From Deltaproteobacteria bacterium (GTDB lineage Bacteria; Myxococcota_A; UBA9160; UBA6930), in assembly GCA_002687015.1 (NCBI GenBank), contig NYZB01000189.1, forward strand, positions 1 to 55,496: a DNA stretch of 55,496 nucleotides, read 5' to 3'. Under the pieces are notes generated by a model that saw only the letters and a program-made list of their open reading frames with translations, had not been told where the DNA came from and did no database searches. A program made the position numbers and the translations under genes. Below, in pieces: positions 44,628 to 54,560 of this stretch (positions within the stretch are counted from its first letter, which is position 1; each line of letters opens with the position of its first letter).

Positions 44628-45260
44628 CTAGGAGCGGGTCGCTCCGGCGGCTGTCGTCTTCTCCTTGAGCCGTCGGAGGACCTCTTCCGGCCCTCCGCGG
44701 GAGAGGACCTCCTTGAACTGGCTGCGGAAGCTCGAGATCAGGCTGACGCCCTCGATCTTGACGTCGATCACGCGCCAGCTGCCGCCGCGCTCGCGCAGCC
44801 GGTAGTCCATGGTCACGTCGTCCGCGCTCCCGCCGACGATCCGGGTCATGATGGTGACGTCGCCGCGCGGCTCGGCCCGCTCGCCCGTGACCTCGACGTC
44901 CTGCTGCTCGTAGCGGTCGATTCGCGTGCCGTAGCTGGCCGAGAGGTGGTCGCGGAAGGCATCGACGAACTCGGTCTTCTGGGCGTCGGAGAACTTCTTC
45001 CAGGAGCGCTTCAGGACGAGGCGCGACATGGTCTCGAAGTCGAAGTGCTCGCGGGCCACGGCCTCGATCCGGGCCACCCGGGCCGGGGATTCCAGGCCGG
45101 GCTCGCGCAGGACGGCCAACACCTCGTTGATCGTCGTGTCCACCACCTGGCGTGCGCCCGCCGTCTCGGGAGTGGCCGAGACCGAGCTCCCGGAGACCAG
45201 CAGGCCGACGGCCAGCAACGCCGCTGCGGCAACCTCAGTCAGCCGGCTCGGACGGCTCAT
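44628..45260 (-). CDS. mlaC: MlaC/Ttg2D phospholipid-binding periplasmic protein
   Basis: Signal peptide, HFDFETMSRLVL, WRVIDVKIEGVSLISSFRSQF. Confidence 0.9.
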   Translation of the reverse strand: MSRPSRLTEVAAAALLAVGLLVSGSSVSATPETAGARQVVDTTINEVLAVLREPGLESPARVARIEAVAREHFDFETMSRLVLKRSWKKFSDAQKTEFVDAFRDHLSASYGTRIDRYEQQDVEVTGERAEPRGDVTIMTRIVGGSADDVTMDYRLRERGGSWRVIDVKIEGVSLISSFRSQFKEVLSRGGPEEVLRRLKEKTTAAGATRS

Positions 45261-45984
45261 CGTCTTCCAGATCGTAGAAATCCTCATCCTCTTCCTCTGC
45301 GTCCTCTTCTCCGTCGGCAACCTGCCTCGCCCTTGCCTGGAGGTAGGCATTGCGGACGAAGACATAGTAGTCCAGCGCGGTCTTGCGGTTGTCGGCGATC
45401 TCCTCGAGATACTTGGCTCGGGCGTTGATCACGTCCAGCGTCGAAACCCCATAGGCCGTGGGCACCGTCATCAGGTCGATGGGCCAGGCCAGGAGATCGC
45501 GGCTGGAGCTCGGACCGAGGAAGGGCACGACCAGGTAGGAACCCGGACCGAAGCCCCAGACTCCCAGGGTCTGGCCGAAGTCCTCGCGGTAGTGCGGGAT
45601 CTCCGCCATCGAGGCGACGTCGACGAGCCCGACGATCCCCACCGTGCTGTTGACGAGGAAACGCCTCATGTCGGTGCCGGCCCGGCCCGGCTTGCCCTGC
45701 AACAGGTCGTTGAGCCCGGTGCGGATCATCCGGAGGTTGTCGAAGAAGTTCCCGATCCCGGTCTGGACGAAGTCCGGGAGCACGAAGTCCCACCCCTTGG
45801 CCACGGGCTCGAGGATGATCCTGTCCACACCCTCATTGAAGGCGAAGACACTCAGGTTGGTCTCCTCGTAGGGGTCGGGTCCGTTCGTCGCGCAGCCGTT
45901 CGTCAACGCGACGCCCAGGAGCAGCACCGACAGGATGCCTAGGGGTTTCCTCTCATTCCTTCGACGTCCCGCGGCGCGCATCAT
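45235..45984 (-). CDS. mlaA: MlaA/VacJ lipoprotein
   Basis: Lipobox TNGC, DPYE..N..FAFN, RFLVNSTVG, EDFGQTLGVWG, YLVVPFLGPSS. Confidence 0.93.
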   Translation of the reverse strand: MMRAAGRRRNERKPLGILSVLLLGVALTNGCATNGPDPYEETNLSVFAFNEGVDRIILEPVAKGWDFVLPDFVQTGIGNFFDNLRMIRTGLNDLLQGKPGRAGTDMRRFLVNSTVGIVGLVDVASMAEIPHYREDFGQTLGVWGFGPGSYLVVPFLGPSSSRDLLAWPIDLMTVPTAYGVSTLDVINARAKYLEEIADNRKTALDYYVFVRNAYLQARARQVADGEEDAEEEDEDFYDLEDDEPSEPAD

Positions 45985-46442
45985 TCACCACCTCCGAGTC
46001 CGGTGTCGTGCACAAGGGTGCCGACCAGCTTCTCGATGTTCAGGGCACTCTCCGTGAAGGATAGGGTGTCTCCCGGCCCCAGAAGCTCATCCTCTCCGCC
46101 GGGCTCCAGGGCCACGAACTGGTCGCCCAGCAGGCCGGAGGTGCGGATCGACGCCGAGGTGTCGACGGCCAGCTCGAGGGCGGCATCCACGTCGATCTCC
46201 ACGCGGGCACGCAGATCCTCGTCGAGTGTGATCTCCACCACCTCTCCGACGGGCACACCCGAGATGACCACGGGGGCGCGGGGCGCCAGCCCTCCGATCT
46301 CGTCGAAGCTGGCGTGCAGCTGTAGGCCGCGGGGGCCCTTGTAGGTGAGTCCGCCGAGCTGGATCGAGAGATAGGCCAGGGCCGCCAGCCCGGCGAGAAC
46401 GAAGAGGCCGACCGTCAGGTCGCGGGTGGTTTCGCTCGGCAT
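45981..46442 (-). CDS. mlaD: MlaD MCE-domain protein
   Basis: FDEIGGL, PVVISGVPVGEV, IRTSGLLGDQFVALEPGG. Confidence 0.93.
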   Translation of the reverse strand: MPSETTRDLTVGLFVLAGLAALAYLSIQLGGLTYKGPRGLQLHASFDEIGGLAPRAPVVISGVPVGEVVEITLDEDLRARVEIDVDAALELAVDTSASIRTSGLLGDQFVALEPGGEDELLGPGDTLSFTESALNIEKLVGTLVHDTGLGGGE

Positions 46443-46460
46443 CCGTGGTCTCCCGATGTC

Positions 46461-47240
46461 CTAGAAGCCCCAAAGGGACGTGAAGATGTAGTCGGCGAGC
46501 AGGATGCACACCGAACCCGTCACGACGGTGGAGGTCGTGGAGCGGCTCACCTCGGCCGTGCTGCGGCCGGTGGTGTAGCCGCGGAAGGTCGCGATCAGCG
46601 CCACGAGGGCTCCGAAGAGCAGCGCCTTCAGCCCGCTGCCGACGATGTCGGTGTCGAAGACCACAGCGCTCTCGAGGCTCGCGAGGAAGATGCCCGCTTC
46701 GAGGCCCAGGAGCCGGACGCCCACGAGGTAGGAGCCGAAGATCGACGCCACGATGAAGAGCGCCGAGAGCAAGGGCATCGAGAGGGTCAGGGCGATCGCC
46801 TTGGGGGCCACCACGAACTTCACGGGATCGACGGCCATGGTTCGCATGCCGTCGATCTGCTCGGTCGCGACCATCATGCCGATCTCGGCGGCCATGGCCG
46901 AACCCGCGCGGCCGGTCACCAACAGGCCGGTCAGCACGGGTCCCAGCTCCCGGATCATCGAGAGGCCGACCACCGCTCCCAGCGTCTCCTCGGCGCCGAA
47001 GCGCACCAGCACGTAGTAGAGCTGGAGGCCGAAGACGAGGCCCACCGCGAGCCCCGAGGCGCACACGATGGCCAGGGAGAGGACGCCGTAGTCGTAGGCC
47101 TCCCGCACGATCCGGTGGAATCGGAAGGGTCGCCGCAGGGATCGGGAGACGATCCGACCACCGAAGCGGGCGATGCGGCCGAGCTCTCCAATCGACCCCA
47201 GGGTACGCGTCCCCAGACGCTCCACGGCGCTTCGAAGCAT
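46461..47240 (-). CDS. mlaE: MlaE ABC permease
   Basis: IRELGPVLTGLLVTGRAGSAMAAEIG, TEQIDG; start 47240 or 47291. Confidence 0.93.
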   Translation of the reverse strand: MLRSAVERLGTRTLGSIGELGRIARFGGRIVSRSLRRPFRFHRIVREAYDYGVLSLAIVCASGLAVGLVFGLQLYYVLVRFGAEETLGAVVGLSMIRELGPVLTGLLVTGRAGSAMAAEIGMMVATEQIDGMRTMAVDPVKFVVAPKAIALTLSMPLLSALFIVASIFGSYLVGVRLLGLEAGIFLASLESAVVFDTDIVGSGLKALLFGALVALIATFRGYTTGRSTAEVSRSTTSTVVTGSVCILLADYIFTSLWGF

Positions 47241-47439
47241 CGGCCGCCTAGGCTCCCAGCCCCGGGCCGGTGGCGAGGCATCCGCCGGCACCCTGGCGGC
47301 GCCCGGGTCGGCTCGCCGGATCCAGCGGGTTCGCGCTCCCTTCGCTCATGCTCGGCACAAACTAGCCGACAATCCGGTCCGCTTCGCCCGCGAGCCCGGC
47401 CCGGGCGCGCAGGCCCGGACTCGGACTGGGGGTCCGGAC

Positions 47440-48534
47440 TCAGCCCGCAAGTCCAGCTCGTGCCTTGCGGACGATCTCGAAGCCCACATCCAGCAGGGCT
47501 CGGCGCCACTTCCGATCGGCCGGGCGGAACACCTCGAGCAATTCGCTGCGAATCGCCTGGGCGCGTTCCGAATCGGGCGTGCCGTGATGGTGGAGCCAGT
47601 TGTCCGCGCGCAGTGCCCAGAAGATCCGATCGGCGGTGACCGTCCCGAACTCGGCGGTGAAGGGCGTGAACTCGCTGGCCGGGTCGGCCTCCTCCGTGAG
47701 CCCACTCTCGATCACCCCGCTCAGCGGAGCCGACACGGACTCGCCCGCCCGGGTGCTGCGAAATGCCCCGCCATACCAGGCACGGCCGCGCGCGTACACC
47801 GGGTCCTGGGGCTCCAGCTCGGTGATCAGCTCGGCCTCGCCCCAGGGGCCCAGCCCCGTGTGGACGTCGATCCAGGCGATGCGCGGAATGCCCCGGAGCT
47901 CGGCGCGCGCCAGCTCCCTGAGGAGCAGGTTGCTGGGCTCGGGGGCGCAGCCCCCATACTGGAGGCCCGTCGGGTGGTCGTGCTGGCCGACGCTCAGCAC
48001 CTCCTGGATCCGGGCCCCGCCGTGGGCGCGCGCGAAGGCGGCCAGGGCCTGGGCGGCGCGCCGGTCGTGCTCCTCGTCGAGCACCTCGGGGTTGAGATGG
48101 GGGTACAGGGCCTCGTAGTCGGGCCGGGGCTCGTGGTCCTCGGGGTGCCGGAGGAAGTTCCGGTTCAGGTCCACGTTGTTCTCGTTGACCCGTCGCCCCG
48201 CGGCAAAGCCCCAGGGGTTGACCGCGTGCACGAGCAGGAGCGCCATGTCAGCGGGGAGCTCGAGGGCAGGGGCCTCGGCGAGCAGGAGGAGCTGGAGCGC
48301 ACTGCCGGAGAAACCCTCCACGCCGTGGGTTCCCGAGCTGACGACCAGCAGGCTCGCCGGCTCCGCGGGGCCGAGGCGGGCGGTGTCGATGGCGAGCTCC
48401 CGATCGGTCTCTGCGTCGCGGCACGGCAGCGGGTGGCTGGTCACGCGGGCGCCCCGTGTCTCGGCGGCGCGCAGGAAGGCGCGCCGCGCCGATGCGTAGT
48501 CGGAGGCGAAGAGGTCGGCGGGGTCGAGGGACAA
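47440..48534 (-). CDS. M14-family zinc metallopeptidase (DUF2817-like)
   Basis: SSGTHGVEG (HxxE), RRVNENNVDLNRNF, IDVHTGLG; start at TTG 48534 uncertain. Confidence 0.85.
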   Translation of the reverse strand: MSLDPADLFASDYASARRAFLRAAETRGARVTSHPLPCRDAETDRELAIDTARLGPAEPASLLVVSSGTHGVEGFSGSALQLLLLAEAPALELPADMALLLVHAVNPWGFAAGRRVNENNVDLNRNFLRHPEDHEPRPDYEALYPHLNPEVLDEEHDRRAAQALAAFARAHGGARIQEVLSVGQHDHPTGLQYGGCAPEPSNLLLRELARAELRGIPRIAWIDVHTGLGPWGEAELITELEPQDPVYARGRAWYGGAFRSTRAGESVSAPLSGVIESGLTEEADPASEFTPFTAEFGTVTADRIFWALRADNWLHHHGTPDSERAQAIRSELLEVFRPADRKWRRALLDVGFEIVRKARAGLAG

Positions 48535-48592
48535 GGCGGGTCTCGGACTGGCGGCGGGAGAAGAGTGCTCACGGTTAGAATACGGGCCGCCC

Positions 48593-49831
48593 ATGGATCT
48601 GTTCAACGTCGCCGCCCTCCTCATCACCTTCTCGGCGCTCTTTGCGTGGATCAACCAGCGCACCCTTCGCCTCCCCCCCACGATCGGGGTGATGGCGATC
48701 GCCCTCGTGTTCTCACTCGGGATGATCGGGCTCGTCCGCCTGGGCCTCGCCCCGCCCGACAGCTTCGCGTGGTTCCGGGACGTGAAGTTCGGTCCCACGC
48801 TCATGGACGGGATGCTGGGCTTCCTGCTCTTCGCAGGGGCTCTCCACGTCGACCTGGGCCAGCTCCGGGCCCAGCGCTGGGTCGTGACCTTCCTCGCAAC
48901 GATCGGGGTCCTCCTGACGACCCTTCTCGTGGGTGCGGCGACCTGGTGGATCGTCCAGGCCCTGGGGTTGGAGCTTCCCTGGGCCTACGCGCTGCTCTTC
49001 GGCGCGTTGATCGCGCCGACCGATCCGATCGCGGTCATCGCGGTCCTGAAGCAGGCCGGGGTTCCCCATTCCCTCGAGACCAAGATCGCGGGGGAATCCC
49101 TCTTCAACGACGGCGTGGGGGTGGTGATCTTCCTGGTCCTGCTCGGGGCGGCCGCCGGCGGCGGTTTCGACGCGGCCGACGCGGCGGGTCTGCTGGTCCG
49201 GGAGGCCGTAGGGGGCATCGCCCTGGGCCTCGTCCTGGGCTCGATCGCGTACGCGATGCTCCGCAGTGTCGACAACTACCAGGTCGAGGTGCTGGTCACC
49301 CTGGCCCTGGTGGCCGGTGGCTACGCGCTCGCCCACTCGCTGCACACCAGCGGTCCTCTCGCGATGGTGGCGGCCGGCCTCCTGATCGGGAACCAGGGCC
49401 GCCAGTTCGCCATGAGTGATCGCACCAGGGAGCACCTGGATACCTTCTGGGAGCTCGTGGATGCGGTCCTGAACGCGGTCCTCTTCGTCATGATCGGCTT
49501 CGAGGTGATCGTCCTGGTCTTCACGCCGGCACGCGTCGCCGCCGGGCTGGTCGTCATTCCCGTGGTCCTCGGGGTGCGCTTCCTGTCCGTCGGCACCGGG
49601 GTCGGGCTGCTGCGCCATCGCCGCGCCTTCAGTCCCTACGCCGCCACGATGATGAGCTGGGGGGGGATTCGCGGCGGCATCTCGGTGGCGCTCGCACTCC
49701 AGGTGCCGCCCGGCCCCGAGCGGGAGATCATCGTGTCGATCACCTACACGGTGGTGGCCTTCTCCATCCTCGTCCAGGGCCTCACGATGGGGCCGCTGGC
49801 GAGGCGCTTGTATCGAGGTCAGGCGGAGTGA
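48593..49831 (+). CDS. CPA1-family Na+/H+ antiporter (NhaP-like)
   Basis: APTDPIAV, GESLFNDG, WGGIRGGISVALAL; about 12 TMs. Confidence 0.93.
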   Translation: MDLFNVAALLITFSALFAWINQRTLRLPPTIGVMAIALVFSLGMIGLVRLGLAPPDSFAWFRDVKFGPTLMDGMLGFLLFAGALHVDLGQLRAQRWVVTFLATIGVLLTTLLVGAATWWIVQALGLELPWAYALLFGALIAPTDPIAVIAVLKQAGVPHSLETKIAGESLFNDGVGVVIFLVLLGAAAGGGFDAADAAGLLVREAVGGIALGLVLGSIAYAMLRSVDNYQVEVLVTLALVAGGYALAHSLHTSGPLAMVAAGLLIGNQGRQFAMSDRTREHLDTFWELVDAVLNAVLFVMIGFEVIVLVFTPARVAAGLVVIPVVLGVRFLSVGTGVGLLRHRRAFSPYAATMMSWGGIRGGISVALALQVPPGPEREIIVSITYTVVAFSILVQGLTMGPLARRLYRGQAE

Positions 49832-51630
49832 GCCCGTCGCGGCCCGCAGCGCGGGCAGGGGGTGCGTCCCCGCCGCCGCCCGTGGTCGTGGTGAGCGGTG
49901 CGCCGCGTTCGGGAACCTCGCTCCTGATGCACATGCTGGCCGCCGGGGGCCGGCTGATCCTCTCGGACGGGGTGCGCCTGCCCGATGCACACAACCGGGA
50001 CGGATACCGCGAGCACGAGCGCGTTCGGGCGCTGGCCCGTGATCCGGATGCCCGCGCATGGCTCCGCGCGGAGGGACCGGGGCGGGCCGTGAAGGTGGTC
50101 CATGGCCTGCTCCAGCACCTGCCCGAGGAGCCGGGCCTCCGCTACCAGGTGCTGCTGACCGAGCGGGACCCCGCCGACGTCGTGGCGTCCCAGGACCGCA
50201 TGCTCGCCGCGGGTGGCCACGAAGGGGGTGCGCTCTCCGCCGACCGCCTCGCCGCCGTGCTCGCGGCCCAGCACGGTGAGGCGCGAGCGCTCCTCGACGG
50301 GCGTCCGGATTGCACCTGTCTGGGAGTGGACTTCGAGGAGCTGCTGGCCGATCCGGCCCGCGTGGCGGCTCGTCTCGACCGGTTCCTGGGGGGGCTCGAT
50401 GTGCCGAAGATGGTCGCGATCGTCCGGTGCGAGCGAGCCCGCGCCAGCCCGTCGGATCGGTACACTGCGCCGATGGCCGACCATCGCTTCGACGATCTCG
50501 ACATCGAGGTGCTGCGCCGCCGCAGCGGCGAGAAATGGCAGTCCTATCCCCAGGACGTGCTGCCCATGTGGGTGGCGGACATGGACTTCGAGCCGGCCGA
50601 GCCGATCCGCCAACGCCTCCAGGAATGCCTCGACGTCGGGGACCTGGGCTACCCCGTGCATCCCCGGCCCACCGGCATGCCTCAGGCCTTCGCCGATCGG
50701 GCGAAGAGCAAGTGGGGCTGGCAGGTCGAGCCGCGCCTCGTCGAGCTCATCACCGAGGTCGTGCAGGGCATGTACGTCTGCATGTGGCAGTTCTCGGAGC
50801 CCGGCGACGGCGTGATCGTGCAGCCGCCGATCTATCCGCCCTTCCTGAGCTCGGTCGAGAGCCTCGGCCGACGCGTCGTGATGAACCCCCTCGCGCCGAG
50901 TCGGGAGGGCTACCAGGTCGATCTCGACGACTTCGAACGCAAGGCCGAAGGCGCTCGCATCTTCATGCTCTGCAATCCGCACAACCCGAGCGGGCGCGTT
51001 CTGCGGCGCGAGGAGCTCCTGGGGCTGGCCGAGATCGCGATCCGCCACGACCTGCTCGTGGTCAGCGACGAGATCCACGCCGACCTCGTGTACCCCGGGG
51101 CGCAGCACCTCCCCTTCGCCTCCCTGGGCGAGGAGGTCGCGGCGCGCACGATCACGCTCACGTCGGCGTCGAAGGCCTTCAACATCGCAGGCCTGCGCTG
51201 CGCCCTGGCCGTGTTCGGCAGCGCCGATCTGCGCCGCCGCTTCCTCGGGTTCCCACGCCATCTGCGCGGTGGGCTCGGGAGCCTCGGGATCCAGGCCACC
51301 CTGACGGCCTGGGCGGAGGGCGACCCCTGGCTGGCCGACGCGCTCGCCTATCTCGAGGGGAATCGCGACTTCCTCGCCGACACGCTGCGTCGCGAGCTTC
51401 CCGAGGTCGGCTTCTACCCTCCGGAGGCGACCTACCTCGCCTGGCTCGACTTTCGCAGCCTCGGCCTCGAGCCCTCTCCGTACCAGCACTTCCTGGAGCG
51501 CGCAAAGGTCGCCCTCAGCCACGGTCCCGATTTCGGCCTTGGCTACGAGGGCTTCGCCCGCATCAACTTCGCGACCAGCCGCTCCCTCCTGACCGCCGGC
51601 CTCGACCGACTCCTCGACTCCCTCCGCTGA
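49828..51630 (+). CDS. sulfotransferase-like domain (49828-50472) in frame with a MalY/PatB-family PLP-dependent C-S lyase (50473-51630)
   Basis: N-terminal SGAPRSGTSLLM (5'-PAPS-binding-like loop); C-terminal PMWVADMDF, CNPHNPSG, SDEIHAD, SASKAFNIAG; no stop between the two. Confidence 0.8.
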   Translation: MSPSRPAARAGGASPPPPVVVVSGAPRSGTSLLMHMLAAGGRLILSDGVRLPDAHNRDGYREHERVRALARDPDARAWLRAEGPGRAVKVVHGLLQHLPEEPGLRYQVLLTERDPADVVASQDRMLAAGGHEGGALSADRLAAVLAAQHGEARALLDGRPDCTCLGVDFEELLADPARVAARLDRFLGGLDVPKMVAIVRCERARASPSDRYTAPMADHRFDDLDIEVLRRRSGEKWQSYPQDVLPMWVADMDFEPAEPIRQRLQECLDVGDLGYPVHPRPTGMPQAFADRAKSKWGWQVEPRLVELITEVVQGMYVCMWQFSEPGDGVIVQPPIYPPFLSSVESLGRRVVMNPLAPSREGYQVDLDDFERKAEGARIFMLCNPHNPSGRVLRREELLGLAEIAIRHDLLVVSDEIHADLVYPGAQHLPFASLGEEVAARTITLTSASKAFNIAGLRCALAVFGSADLRRRFLGFPRHLRGGLGSLGIQATLTAWAEGDPWLADALAYLEGNRDFLADTLRRELPEVGFYPPEATYLAWLDFRSLGLEPSPYQHFLERAKVALSHGPDFGLGYEGFARINFATSRSLLTAGLDRLLDSLR

Positions 51631-51651
51631 CGAAGGGGTCTGCCCCCATCG

Positions 51652-52602
51652 TCAGCGGCCTTGTCCGGGGCGGTAGTGGCGGAGGATCGTCTCGGCAAAG
51701 AGCTCGGCAGGGACACGGGTATCGCGGCCGAAGAACTCGATGACGAACATCGTGCAGCCGAGCTCGCGGTGGCGCTCGATGCAGTCGATGACCCGGTCGG
51801 GAGCGCCCCAGATGCCGTGGGCCTCGAGCCCGGCGCCCATGTGGCCGCCGTACACCTTGTGGGCCTTCTCGAGGTGCTGCTTGGCGGTCGCCTCGTCCTC
51901 GGCGATCACGACCGTGCACTGCTGCGAGACGATCAGCTCGTCCGGGTCCCGGCCGACCTCTTCGCAGCGCTTGCGCAGCGCGCCGACCTTCGCCTCGAGC
52001 TGACCCTGGAAGACGGCCATGTTGTTCCAGATGTCCGCCTCGCGCGCCGCGATGCCCATCAGCACCTTCTCTCCGCTCCCGCCGATCAGGACGGCGGGCC
52101 GCTGCGCGGGCTTCGGCTCGAGGGCACAATCCCTGACCTGGAAGTGGCGCCCCTCGAAGCTCGTCCTCTCGTCGGTCCAGAGCGACTTCATGATCTTCGT
52201 CATCTCTTCGAGGGCCGCGAGGCGCTCGCCCGTCGAAGGGAAGGGCACCCCGTAGGCCTCGAACTCGGCCTGGAACCAGCCGCCGCCCAGCCCTGCGATC
52301 ACGCGCCCCGGTGCGATCTGGTCGATCGTCGCGATCTGCTTCGCCAACACCGCCGGGTTCCGGAAGAAGGGCGGCGTCACCAGGGTTCCGAGCTTCACCT
52401 GCTCGGTCACGGCAGCCACGGCGGCCAGCTCGGTCCAGGCCTCGAGAATGGGCAGCTGGGGCATGGGAACGCCGTAGAGGTGATCGCAGACCCAGACCGA
52501 ATCGAAGCCCAGCCGGTCGAAGCTCTCTGCGGCGGCGCGGGCTTCCTGCCAGCCCCGCTTGATCTGGGGGAGGGTGACGCCGAAGTGGAGGGGACGGTCC
52601 AT
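51652..52602 (-). CDS. LLM-class (probably F420-dependent) oxidoreductase
   Basis: GFDSVWVCDH, LGTLVT..FRNPAVLAK, GLGGGW, LIGGSGEK. Confidence 0.88.
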   Translation of the reverse strand: MDRPLHFGVTLPQIKRGWQEARAAAESFDRLGFDSVWVCDHLYGVPMPQLPILEAWTELAAVAAVTEQVKLGTLVTPPFFRNPAVLAKQIATIDQIAPGRVIAGLGGGWFQAEFEAYGVPFPSTGERLAALEEMTKIMKSLWTDERTSFEGRHFQVRDCALEPKPAQRPAVLIGGSGEKVLMGIAAREADIWNNMAVFQGQLEAKVGALRKRCEEVGRDPDELIVSQQCTVVIAEDEATAKQHLEKAHKVYGGHMGAGLEAHGIWGAPDRVIDCIERHRELGCTMFVIEFFGRDTRVPAELFAETILRHYRPGQGR

Positions 52603-52678
52603 GGAGGCGCAGGGTAGGGCCACAAGGGCCCGTGCAGCAACGCTCAATGCGGAGGCGGCGGCGGCCGATACGACGGCC

Positions 52679-54532
52679 ATGAACGACACCGCCGACTCCC
52701 CGCCGGGCCCGGGCCACGTTGGACTTCGAGCCCCCATCTCCCTGGACGAGCTGCTCGAGCAGCTGGTCCAGGCGGATCGCATCGGCCCCGAACAGGCCAG
52801 CGACGTGGCCGCGCGCGAGCGCACGCTCCGAAGCCAGGTCCTGAAGGAGCGCGTCGGCTCGGTCCGCTCCCAGGCCGCCTCGCGCTACGACGTGACTCCC
52901 GCGGAGACGATCGCCGCGGCCCGGCTCCAGGACCGCCGGCACAAAGGCAAGAAGATCGGCGAGGACGCGATTGCGGCCCACCTGGCCGAGGCGGCGGGCC
53001 TGCCCCACCTGAAGGTCGACCCGCTCAAGATCGACGCGAAGCTCGTGACCAAGACGATCTCGCGCCCCTTCGCGCGCCGCCACGCGGTGATCCCGGTGGC
53101 CGAGACGGGCGAGGGCCTGCGCCTCGCCATCACCGATCCCTTCGACGGCGCCCTGCGGGAGTCCCTGGCCGGACAGCTTCGCGTGCCGCTCGAGCTGGTC
53201 GTGAGCTCGAAGCACGACATCCTGGCGATCATCGATCGGGTCTACGGCTTCCAGGCCAGCGTGACCGGCGCCGAGGAGAACCTGGGCGACGGGTTGGGGA
53301 GCCAGGCGCTGGCGCCGCTCGTCGAGCTGCGCAGCAACGACGAGCTCTCGACGGCGGGCGACGAGCACATCATCACCGCCGTCGACTACCTGCTGAACTA
53401 CGCCTTCGACCAGCGCGCATCCGACATCCACCTGGAGCCTCGCGAGAACGACTCCGTGATCCGGTTCCGCATCGACGGCATCCTCCACGACATCGAACGC
53501 CTGCCGCTGAACGTCCACGGTGCCGTGACCTCCCGGATCAAGGTGCTGGCCCAGATGGACATCGCCGAACGGCGCAGACCGCAGGACGGCCGCATCAAGG
53601 CCTTCCGTGCAGAGCGCGAGGTGGAGCTGCGCGTCGCGAGCCTGATGTCCGCCTTCGGCGAGAAGCTGGTGGTCCGGGTCTTCGACCCGGACGTCCTGAT
53701 GACCGATCTCCAGCAGCTCGGCTTCTCGCGGGACGACCGCGAGGTCTTCGAGCGATGGGTCACCGCGCCCAGCGGCCTGGTCCTGGTGACGGGCCCCACG
53801 GGTTCGGGCAAGACCACGACGCTCTACTCGACCCTGCGCTACCTGGCCGGTCCGGAGATCAACATCACCACCGTCGAGGATCCGATCGAGATGGTGGACT
53901 CCCGCTTCTGCCAGGTGCAGGTGCAGCGCCAGGCGGACGTGACCTTCGCCAGCGCCCTGCGCGCGATCCTGCGGCAAGACCCGGACATCATCATGGTGGG
54001 CGAGATCCGGGACGTCGAGACCGCGAACATGGCCGTCCAGGCGGCACTCACCGGCCATCTGGTGTTCTCGACGGTCCACACCCGGGACGCGGCCGGCGCC
54101 ATCACCCGACTCGGAGAGCTCGGTGTCGAGCGATTCCTGCTCTCCAGCGTCCTGCGAGGCGTGCTCGCACAGCGCCTGGTGCGCTGCATCTGCTCCCAGT
54201 GTTCGGTCGAGGGCTTCCTCTCGCCGACCCAGGTGGATGCGCTCGCCCTGAAGGTGCCGCTCGAACGGCGCGAGCAGCTGCGGGTGCGCTGGGGAGAGGG
54301 CTGCGCGGACTGCCGGCACACCGGGCTCTACGGCCGGAGCGGGGTCTTCGAGATGCTCGACGTCGGACGCCGCGTGCGCTCCCTGATCAAGGAGGGGGCC
54401 GACGCCAACGAGATCACCCGGGCTGCTCGGATCGAGGGCATGGAGACGCTGCGGGAATCGGCGCTCCACAAGCTGGCCGAGGGCGTCACGACCTTCGAAG
54501 AGGTGGTGCGGCTCACGGCGGACTCGGAATGA
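52679..54532 (+). CDS. GspE/PulE/PilB-family secretion or pilus assembly ATPase
   Basis: RASDIHLEP, ERRRPQDGR, GPTGSGKTTT, TVEDPIE, LRQDPD, GEIRD, tetracysteine CSQC...CADC. Confidence 0.93.
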   Translation: MNDTADSPPGPGHVGLRAPISLDELLEQLVQADRIGPEQASDVAARERTLRSQVLKERVGSVRSQAASRYDVTPAETIAAARLQDRRHKGKKIGEDAIAAHLAEAAGLPHLKVDPLKIDAKLVTKTISRPFARRHAVIPVAETGEGLRLAITDPFDGALRESLAGQLRVPLELVVSSKHDILAIIDRVYGFQASVTGAEENLGDGLGSQALAPLVELRSNDELSTAGDEHIITAVDYLLNYAFDQRASDIHLEPRENDSVIRFRIDGILHDIERLPLNVHGAVTSRIKVLAQMDIAERRRPQDGRIKAFRAEREVELRVASLMSAFGEKLVVRVFDPDVLMTDLQQLGFSRDDREVFERWVTAPSGLVLVTGPTGSGKTTTLYSTLRYLAGPEINITTVEDPIEMVDSRFCQVQVQRQADVTFASALRAILRQDPDIIMVGEIRDVETANMAVQAALTGHLVFSTVHTRDAAGAITRLGELGVERFLLSSVLRGVLAQRLVRCICSQCSVEGFLSPTQVDALALKVPLERREQLRVRWGEGCADCRHTGLYGRSGVFEMLDVGRRVRSLIKEGADANEITRAARIEGMETLRESALHKLAEGVTTFEEVVRLTADSE

Positions 54533-54560
54533 GCCGCCCCCTCCGGAGTGGGGACGAGCC

